A stretch of DNA of 64,000 nucleotides from an uncultured Gammaproteobacteria bacterium (GTDB taxonomy: Bacteria > Pseudomonadota > Gammaproteobacteria > UBA6002), in the NCBI GenBank assembly GCA_963705725.1, contig CAVPKM010000017.1:1-64000 (forward strand), in the 5' to 3' direction. Shown piece by piece: positions 33,951 through 41,073 of the stretch. Numbering within the stretch: the stretch's first letter is position 1; each line of letters starts with the position of its first letter. The translations under genes and the position numbers were made by a program. The notes below the pieces were generated by a model. It was not told the DNA's origin. It saw only the letters and a list, made by a program, of their open reading frames with translations, and did not search any database.

Positions 33951-36455
33951 ATGTTAAAAGATAACGTAGAAACCTTGCAACTTGCTATCAATACTGGAAT
34001 TACCTATCTTCAAAATAAAAACTATGAGACAGCGATTGCCACATTTAATCTGATTCTAGCTGAAGATCAGCATTCCGCCTTGGTTTTTTATTGTCGTGCT
34101 GAAGCCTATTATCATATAGGAAAGCATGCCGAAGCGATTCAAGATTTCCGTCAAGCTGAAAAGCTTGGGTATAAAATAACTAATTATCTATGCAGCGAAT
34201 CTTATGCGCAGCTAGGTAATTATAGCGGTGCAATCAAAAAAGCTATCGCTGTGATGATTAGTAGCGATGAAGAGCAACGCTGCCCTAATGTTGCAGAAAT
34301 TTGTTTGTCAAAAATAAAAAGAGGAGAATTAGATTCAATCTCTCGCAATCATCTTTTAAGATTTATTATTTCCATGCTACCTCAGGATAGATCACTTTAT
34401 TTTTTAAAAAAAATTATTGCTATGGGTCCTGGATCAGCATTAGGCGCTCGCTTTTGGAAACCTGAAAAATTTAGCTCCCCGAATATAGAAGAAGGGATAT
34501 TAAAAAAAATTTGTGAGCATCTGCAACTAGCAGATGGTACATTTGTTAAACCTTCAATTGATGAACTTCACTTATTTGATAAGCTTGCCAACATACCAGA
34601 CCCTATTCAACAACTTCGTTACTACATTTGTTATAAAAAAAATACACAGCAAGATTATAGCGAGGCCGAACAAGAATTATTGAATTACTATTCATCCATC
34701 CCAGAAGAGGGGGGATTTGCTTATCGATTCGATCACATCACGAGATATATCCAAGATTTTCTTTATCTTCATATCCCTATTGCTGAAAATTTTGTTGAGC
34801 TTGCTATTGAAGAAATACTAAGGAACTCAGAAAATTTAACTCATCCAGAATTTGATCCAATGCACCTTACCAATCTCGCATGGATTTTATTTCGACAGAC
34901 AAGTTATTTTTCAAAAGCTTATAGAATTCATGTCAGTATTAATGCTAACAATAAAGCAGCTTATTCTAAAATTTGGAATAAATGTAAGGAGAGGGAAAAA
35001 AGGTATCGTAATGTTACTAACTATAAATTTGAAAGTGAAGATCCAATAGAACAACTACGTTATTTACTTTGCCTTAAAAAAAATAACGAAGAAAATTATG
35101 ATGAAGAGCTACTAAAATTATCTGATTATTATCGAACAGCAGGTGTTATTTATGAACCTGAGTATGTCGATAGATATGCAGAAGATTTTCTTTATCTCGG
35201 CGTTTCTGCTGCAGAGAACTTTATTAAACTCGCGATAGAAAAAACTTTATCAATCTCAGAAGATTTATGTACTGTACAATATCCTATTCCTATCATTCCT
35301 CAGAGGTGGATTAAATTTCAAAGAACCAGTTTATTGTCAAGGGATTGCAAAATATTGATCTCAATTGACCAAAATAATGTTGTCATCTATGAGAATATTT
35401 GGAGTGAGTGTTACGCAAACAAAGATAAACATCGTAATGTTACTCATTATCAATTTAAAGCCAGTGACGAGAGAGAGCAGCTTCGGTTTTCTCTTTGTCT
35501 GAAAAAATATAATCAAGAGAACTATGAAGAAGAGGTTAGAAAGTTATCTGATTATTACACAAGAGAAGATTTTATTTATCAACCTGAACATGCCGATAAA
35601 TATTTAGAAGATTTTCTCTATCTTGATATTTGCGCTGCAGAAAATGCAACTCGATTGGCTACTGAAAAAAAAGTAAAGAATATAAAAAATCTCAAATATG
35701 ACGATTTTCATTCTCATGCATTCTATGAGCGATGGATTGAATTTCAAACCGATTTTTTTGCTGATGATTGCAAAATTTTTACCACTGCTCACGCAGAAAA
35801 TTATCAGGTTTATCAAAAAATTTTTGATGAATGCAAAGAAAAGGAATTGCAACGGCGTAATGTTAGTAATCGTAACTTTTATGCTAAAGATCCAATGGAT
35901 CAACTTCGTTATTCTCTTGGTGTGAAAAAAAATGATCAAAAAGATTATCAAGCAGAAATTGAAGAATTATCTCTATACTACTTACTGTCACCGGAAGAAG
36001 GAGGCTTTGCTTATCAATCTCAACATAAGGATAAATATGTGACAGACTTTCTTTATCTCGATATTTCTGCTGCAGAAAGCTTCGTCCGGCTAGCTCTCGA
36101 AAATGATTTTAATCACCCATTTGTTTCATCGACACCCTATCCATACTCGTCGGATTATATAATTGAGTTACGGGGCGGAATTTTTTCAGATGATTGTAAA
36201 ATATATAACCTCCCTTTTCATAAAAATAATCACCAAACTTTCAATGAAATCTGGCGAGAATGCTTAGAAAATAAAAAGTTGCTTGATAAAAAAGATGAAA
36301 CAGCAGCTCATTCGTCGGCTCCATTTTCTAGAGAAAATCATTCATCTGTGGCTTATGCAAGTCAATCTTTAACGGAACTTTTTAAGGAGCAAAATACTAT
36401 TCAACCTCGAAATGAAGAAAATCAGGGTTTTTTTCAAAATTTTTTTAATATCTAA
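33951..36455 (+). CDS. TPR protein with four tandem ~143-aa repeats, candidate effector
   Basis: N-terminal TPRs; repeats begin DP..QLRY..C.KK at 34599, 35040, 35466 and 35889. Confidence 0.8.
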   Translation: MLKDNVETLQLAINTGITYLQNKNYETAIATFNLILAEDQHSALVFYCRAEAYYHIGKHAEAIQDFRQAEKLGYKITNYLCSESYAQLGNYSGAIKKAIAVMISSDEEQRCPNVAEICLSKIKRGELDSISRNHLLRFIISMLPQDRSLYFLKKIIAMGPGSALGARFWKPEKFSSPNIEEGILKKICEHLQLADGTFVKPSIDELHLFDKLANIPDPIQQLRYYICYKKNTQQDYSEAEQELLNYYSSIPEEGGFAYRFDHITRYIQDFLYLHIPIAENFVELAIEEILRNSENLTHPEFDPMHLTNLAWILFRQTSYFSKAYRIHVSINANNKAAYSKIWNKCKEREKRYRNVTNYKFESEDPIEQLRYLLCLKKNNEENYDEELLKLSDYYRTAGVIYEPEYVDRYAEDFLYLGVSAAENFIKLAIEKTLSISEDLCTVQYPIPIIPQRWIKFQRTSLLSRDCKILISIDQNNVVIYENIWSECYANKDKHRNVTHYQFKASDEREQLRFSLCLKKYNQENYEEEVRKLSDYYTREDFIYQPEHADKYLEDFLYLDICAAENATRLATEKKVKNIKNLKYDDFHSHAFYERWIEFQTDFFADDCKIFTTAHAENYQVYQKIFDECKEKELQRRNVSNRNFYAKDPMDQLRYSLGVKKNDQKDYQAEIEELSLYYLLSPEEGGFAYQSQHKDKYVTDFLYLDISAAESFVRLALENDFNHPFVSSTPYPYSSDYIIELRGGIFSDDCKIYNLPFHKNNHQTFNEIWRECLENKKLLDKKDETAAHSSAPFSRENHSSVAYASQSLTELFKEQNTIQPRNEENQGFFQNFFNI

Positions 36456-36504
36456 AATTGCCTCTTGCTAAAGAATAAAGGTGAGTGCTTTAAAAAACAC
36501 GGTG

Positions 36505-36532
36505 TTGCTTACCATATAAGTGGAGGTACAAT
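36505..36532 (+). promoter_or_regulatory. Sigma70-like promoter of the rpn unit (repeated at 38060 and 39614)
   Basis: TTGCTT-N16-TACAAT. Confidence 0.55.
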
Positions 36533-36580
36533 AATAAGTTCAATTACCTATTTGTTATAAGAAGAAATAAAATGTCAGTC

Positions 36581-36751
36581 GTACTATTCAGCACAATGCT
36601 AGAAGTCGCTAAACGTTCAGATTTTAGCCAGATTCGGACAAACAATTTAATTAAAAAGCGGAGCATACTGAAGTATGTGAGCAGTTTTAATTAAATTTTT
36701 TGTTCGAAGATGGCAAAATATGGACGTCTCAACCCTGTGCTGAATAGCTAA
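36581..36751 (-). mobile_element. GTAAC-family MITE (reverse) in the rpn1 leader
   Basis: Reverse complement of the 21303 element; ends TGTGCTGAATAGCTAA, overlapping the rpn ATG. Confidence 0.92.
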
Positions 36752-37719
36752 TGGCAATTAAGGATGCAATTGAACTTAACCCTACCTCAAAAATTAATCA
36801 ACCACATGATAAACTACTCAAGCGACTCCTCTCCAATATTGTCACAACTCGTGAAATTCTTGAAGCTTACTTACCTCAAGAGGTAAAAAATCTCGTTGAC
36901 TTGAAGCACTTAGAGCGACAATCAGATTCTTTCGTTGATGCCGAACATCGCTTCCTAGAAGTCGACATTTTGTTTAAAACCCGTTGTAAATTAACGCAGG
37001 AAGATTGTCATATCTGGGTCCTCATCGAGCAGCAAAGACAGCCCGATGCCTGGATGCCGCTTCGTTTATTTTGTTACCTGGGGGTGATCTGGGATCATGT
37101 ACGAAAAGCTTCAAAAACTCGGGGCAAATCTGCCAAAATTCCTTTTGTTTATCCCTTGGTGATTTCTAATGCCTCGAGGCCATATCGGCATTCGTTAACC
37201 CTTCGAGATATGGTAGAGCCTGAAGCTGCCAAGCCATTGTTTGATAAATTATTTAATTCTCCGACCCAGCTGATTGATTTAGCTGCGCTACCTGATGAAG
37301 CGCTAAGGGTTCAGCTTCAGGGAGGCATCCAAGCGCTAGTATTATTACTAAGCTTGAAACATATTTATGACAAAAACTTATCAGATTATTTAGAATCCGA
37401 CTTAGTTGTCTTGCTTCAAGCATTAGAAGAACAGGGTTATAGAGATGAGGTAGTAGATTTGTTATATTACCTCTATTCTGAGGGAAATTTAAGCCATTCA
37501 TCTAAGTTTTGGCCATTTTTACACCGAAAGTTTTCAAAAGAAGTAGAGGAGGAAGTCATGACTTTGAGGCAACAAGATATACAGCAAGGCGCGCAAAAAG
37601 CCTTACAAGAAACCGCATTACGAATGCTGCAAAGTAAACAGTTTGAAATAGAAACTATCGCTAAAATAACTCAATTATCAATAGCTGAAATTGAGTCTCT
37701 GGCGAAGAAAGAAAATTAA
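36751..37719 (+). CDS. Rpn-family recombination-promoting nuclease (YhgA-like / Transposase_31), copy 1
   Basis: PHDKLLK, SFVD, VDILFK, VLIEQQ..PD.WMPLRL..Y, and EVMTL...IAKITQLSIAEI tail. Confidence 0.92.
   Translation: MAIKDAIELNPTSKINQPHDKLLKRLLSNIVTTREILEAYLPQEVKNLVDLKHLERQSDSFVDAEHRFLEVDILFKTRCKLTQEDCHIWVLIEQQRQPDAWMPLRLFCYLGVIWDHVRKASKTRGKSAKIPFVYPLVISNASRPYRHSLTLRDMVEPEAAKPLFDKLFNSPTQLIDLAALPDEALRVQLQGGIQALVLLLSLKHIYDKNLSDYLESDLVVLLQALEEQGYRDEVVDLLYYLYSEGNLSHSSKFWPFLHRKFSKEVEEEVMTLRQQDIQQGAQKALQETALRMLQSKQFEIETIAKITQLSIAEIESLAKKEN
37558..37719 (+). CDS. Internal in-frame RpnS-type small protein (53 aa); also 39112-39273 and 40666-40947
   Basis: Strong SD GAGGAGG followed by aagtc-ATG at the conserved internal Met, as in RpnL/RpnS systems. 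Confidence 0.7.
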   Translation: MTLRQQDIQQGAQKALQETALRMLQSKQFEIETIAKITQLSIAEIESLAKKEN

Positions 37720-37755
37720 TTGCTATTGATGGCACAAACTCTCGAAATGGATATC

Positions 37756-37927
37756 GTAACTATTCAGCACAGGGTTGAAACGTCCATATTTTGCCATCTT
37801 CGAACAAAAAATTTAATTAAAACTGCTTACATACTTCAGTATTGCTCCGCTATTAATTAAATTTTTTGTCCGAATCTAGCTAAAATCTGAACGTTTAGCA
37901 ACTTCAAGCATTTGTGCTGAACAGTAC
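37756..37927 (+). mobile_element. GTAAC-family MITE with 8-bp target duplication
   Basis: Flanked by TGGATATC at 37748-37755 and 37928-37935. Confidence 0.94.
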
Positions 37928-38134
37928 TGGATATCTTCTTAGCCATTGAAATTAGTTGAAGAATGCAAAGCCATTTTTCGACATTTAAATGGGGTTAACG
38001 TAGATACTATTTTAAATATGAACAAAGCTAAAAATATATCGATCTACAAAAACACGGGGTTGCTTACCATATAAGTGGAGGTACAATAATAAGTTCAATT
38101 ACCTATTTGTTATAAGAAGAAATAAATGTCAGTC

Positions 38135-38305
38135 ATACTATTCAGCACAATGCTAGAAGTCGCTAAACGTTCAGATTTTAGCCAGATTCGGACAAACAAT
38201 TTAATTAAAAAGCGGAGCATACTGAAGTATGTGAGCAGTTTTAATTAAATTTTTTGTTCGAAGATGGCAAAATATGGACGTCTCAACCCTGTGCTGAATA
38301 GCTAA
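38135..38305 (-). mobile_element. GTAAC-family MITE (reverse) in the rpn2 leader
   Basis: Copy of 36581-36751. Confidence 0.92.
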
Positions 38306-39273
38306 TGGCAATTAAGGATGCAATTGAACTTAACCCTACCTCAAAAATTAATCAACCACATGATAAACTACTCAAGCGACTCCTCTCCAATATTGTCACA
38401 ACTCGTGAAATTCTTGAAGCTTACTTACCTCAAGAGGTAAAAAATCTCGTTGACTTGAAGCACTTAGAGCGACAATCAGATTCTTTCGTTGATGCCGAAC
38501 ATCGCTTCCTAGAAGTCGACATTTTGTTTAAAACCCGTTGTAAATTAACGCAGGAAGATTGTCATATCTGGGTCCTCATCGAGCAGCAAAGACAGCCCGA
38601 TGCCTGGATGCCGCTTCGTTTATTTTGTTACCTGGGGGTGATCTGGGATCATGTACGAAAAGCTTCAAAAACTCGGGGCAAATCTGCCAAAATTCCTTTT
38701 GTTTATCCCTTGGTGATTTCTAATGCCTCGAGGCCATATCGGCATTCGTTAACCCTTCGAGATATGGTAGAGCCTGAAGCTGCCAAGCCATTGTTTGATA
38801 AATTATTCAATTCTCCAACCCAGCTGATTGATTTAGCTGCGCTACCTGATGAAGCGCTAAGGGTTCAGCTTCAGGGAGGCATCCAAGCGCTAGTATTATT
38901 ACTAAGCTTGAAACATATTTATGACAAAAACTTATCAGATTATTTAGAATCCGACTTAGTTGTCTTGCTTCAAGCATTAGAAGAACAGGGTTATAGAGAT
39001 GAGGTAGTAGATTTGTTATATTACCTCTATTCTGAGGGAAATTTAAGCCATTCATCTAAGTTTTGGCCATTTTTACACCGAAAGTTTTCAAAAGAAGTAG
39101 AGGAGGAAGTCATGACTTTGAGGCAACAAGATATACAGCAAGGCGCGCAAAAAGCCTTACAAGAAACCGCATTACGAATGCTGCAAAGTAAACAGTTTGA
39201 AATAGAAACTATCGCTAAAATAACTCAATTATCAATAGCTGAAATTGAGTCTCTGGCGAAGAAAGAAAATTAA
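38305..39273 (+). CDS. Rpn-family nuclease, copy 2
   Basis: Protein identical to copy 1; two synonymous differences seen (TTC/TTT and CCA/CCG, ~38808-38817). Confidence 0.92.
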   Translation: MAIKDAIELNPTSKINQPHDKLLKRLLSNIVTTREILEAYLPQEVKNLVDLKHLERQSDSFVDAEHRFLEVDILFKTRCKLTQEDCHIWVLIEQQRQPDAWMPLRLFCYLGVIWDHVRKASKTRGKSAKIPFVYPLVISNASRPYRHSLTLRDMVEPEAAKPLFDKLFNSPTQLIDLAALPDEALRVQLQGGIQALVLLLSLKHIYDKNLSDYLESDLVVLLQALEEQGYRDEVVDLLYYLYSEGNLSHSSKFWPFLHRKFSKEVEEEVMTLRQQDIQQGAQKALQETALRMLQSKQFEIETIAKITQLSIAEIESLAKKEN

Positions 39274-39309
39274 TTGCTATTGATGGCACAAACTCTCGAA
39301 ATGGATATC

Positions 39310-39481
39310 GTAACTATTCAGCACAGGGTTGAAACGTCCATATTTTGCCATCTTCGAACAAAAAATTTAATTAAAACTGCTTACATACTTCAGTATTGCT
39401 CCGCTATTAATTAAATTTTTTGTCCGAATCTAGCTAAAATCTGAACGTTTAGCAACTTCAAGCATTTGTGCTGAACAGTAC
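39310..39481 (+). mobile_element. GTAAC-family MITE (duplicated with the unit)
   Basis: Same sequence and TGGATATC flanks as 37756-37927. Confidence 0.94.
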
Positions 39482-39688
39482 TGGATATCTTCTTAGCCAT
39501 TGAAATTAGTTGAAGAATGCAAAGCCATTTTTCGACATTTAAATGGGGTTAACGTAGATACTATTTTAAATATGAACAAAGCTAAAAATATATCGATCTA
39601 CAAAAACACGGGGTTGCTTACCATATAAGTGGAGGTACAATAATAAGTTCAATTACCTATTTGTTATAAGAAGAAATAAATGTCAGTC

Positions 39689-39859
39689 ATACTATTCAGC
39701 ACAATGCTAGAAGTCGCTAAACGTTCAGATTTTAGCCAGATTCGGACAAACAATTTAATTAAAAAGCGGAGCATGCTGAAGTATGTGAGCAGTTTTAATT
39801 AAATTTTTTGTTCGAAGATGGCAAAATATGGACGTCTCAACCCTGTGCTGAATAGCTAA
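39689..39859 (-). mobile_element. GTAAC-family MITE (reverse) in the rpn3 leader
   Basis: Copy of 36581-36751. Confidence 0.92.
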
Positions 39860-40947
39860 TGGCAATTAAGGATGCAATTGAACTTAACCCTACCTCAAAA
39901 ATTAATCAACCGCATGATAAACTACTCAAGCGACTCCTCTCCAATATTGTCACAACTCGTGAAATTCTTGAAGCTTACTTACCTGAAGAGGTAAAAAATT
40001 TCGTTGACTTGAATCACTTAGAGCGACAATCAGATTCTTTTGTCGATGCCGAACATCGCTTCCTAGAAGTCGACATTTTGTTTAAAACCCGTTGTAAATT
40101 AACGCAGGAAGATTGTCATATCTGGGTCCTCATCGAGCAGCAAAGACAGCCCGATGCCTGGATGCCGCTTCGTTTATTTTGTTACCTGGGGGTGATCTGG
40201 GATCATGTACGAAAAGCTTCAAAAACTCGGGGCAAATCTGCCAAAATTCCTTTTGTTTATCCCTTGGTGATTTCTAATGCCTCGAGGCCATATCGGCATT
40301 CGTTAACCCTTCGAGATATGGTAGAGCCTGAAGCTGCCAAGCCATTGTTTGATAAATTATTTAATTCTCCGACCCAGCTGATTGATTTAGCTGCCTTACC
40401 TGATGAAGCGCTAAGGGTTCAGCTTCAGGGAGGCATTCAAGCGCTAGTGTTACTACTAAGCTTGAAGCATATTTATGACAAAAACTTATCAGATTATTTA
40501 GAATCCGACTTGGTTGTCTTGCTTCAAGCATTAGAAAAACAGGGTTATAGAGATGAGGTAGTAGATTTGTTATATTATCTCTATTCTGAGGGAAATTTAA
40601 GCCATTCATCTAAATTTTGGCCATTTTTACACCGAAAGTTTTCAAAAGAAGTAGAGGAGGAAGTCATGACTTTGAGGCAACAAGATATACAGCAAGGGGA
40701 ACAGCGAGGGTGGGAACAAGGGCTACAGCAAGGGCTGGAACAAGGAGAACAGAAGGGGTTAACACGAGGGTTAGAACAAGGGGAACAGAAGGGGTTAACA
40801 CGAGGGTTACAGCAAGGCACGCAAAAAGCCTTACAAGAAACCGCATTACGAATGCTGCAAAGTAAACAGTTTGAAATAGAAACTATCGCTAAAATAACTC
40901 AATTATCAATAGCTGAAATTGAGTCTCTGGCGAAGAAAGAAAATTAA
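39859..40947 (+). CDS. Rpn-family nuclease, copy 3, with expanded tail
   Basis: A few substitutions versus copies 1-2 plus 40 extra aa of Gxxx tetrad repeats. Confidence 0.92.
   Translation: MAIKDAIELNPTSKINQPHDKLLKRLLSNIVTTREILEAYLPEEVKNFVDLNHLERQSDSFVDAEHRFLEVDILFKTRCKLTQEDCHIWVLIEQQRQPDAWMPLRLFCYLGVIWDHVRKASKTRGKSAKIPFVYPLVISNASRPYRHSLTLRDMVEPEAAKPLFDKLFNSPTQLIDLAALPDEALRVQLQGGIQALVLLLSLKHIYDKNLSDYLESDLVVLLQALEKQGYRDEVVDLLYYLYSEGNLSHSSKFWPFLHRKFSKEVEEEVMTLRQQDIQQGEQRGWEQGLQQGLEQGEQKGLTRGLEQGEQKGLTRGLQQGTQKALQETALRMLQSKQFEIETIAKITQLSIAEIESLAKKEN
40690..40817 (+). repeat. 12-nt coding tandem repeat (GEQR/GWEQ/GLQQ/GLEQ/GEQK/GLTR)
   Basis: Includes a near-exact 36-nt duplication GAACAAGGrGAACAGAAGGGGTTAACACGAGGGTTA. 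Confidence 0.9.
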
Positions 40948-40953
40948 TCTATT

Positions 40954-41049
40954 GCAACTTTAGCAGGGTCCATATATGAGCAGTTTTCAGCGGGTTTTTC
41001 GCTAAAAATGGCCAAATATGGACGTTTCCTTCCTGGGGCGAGTAGTTAC
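40954..41049 (-). mobile_element. Half-length sister-subfamily MITE remnant
   Basis: GAGCAGTTTTCAGCGGGTTTTTCGCTAAAAATGGCCAAATATGGACGTTTC...GAGTAGTTAC aligns to the reverse of the MITE left arm. Confidence 0.65.
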
Positions 41050-41073
41050 CTCTTATCCCTAGTCTAAAATTCC

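Larger units (their letters stand above)
36493..40947 (+). repeat. Tandem array, ~1554-bp period, about 2.8 units
   Basis: rpn starts at 36751, 38305 and 39859 (exactly 1554 apart); near-identical promoter, MITE and spacer sequence. Confidence 0.97.

Noticed and set aside
36581-37935. MITE-rpn-MITE as a composite transposon
   Set aside because: The downstream MITE has its own target duplication on both sides, and no duplication flanks the whole unit. The two MITEs inserted independently.
36493-39600. Array as a pure assembly artefact
   Set aside because: The units differ at several positions (leader and synonymous sites) and copy 3 is clearly distinct. The exact copy number still needs read support.
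40690-40817. CRISPR array
   Set aside because: No constant repeat with unique spacers here or elsewhere, and no cas genes; the repeats are in-frame coding tetrads.
40581-40865. Cys/Pro-rich or ARGT-repeat ORFs overlapping rpn3
   Set aside because: Alternative-frame shadows of the 12-nt coding repeat.
36751-40947. Rpn ('putative transposase') as the enzyme mobilising the MITEs
   Set aside because: GTAA ends with 8-bp duplications fit a DDE IS66-type transposase. Rpn proteins have not been shown to transpose, and MITE copies also occur far from rpn.
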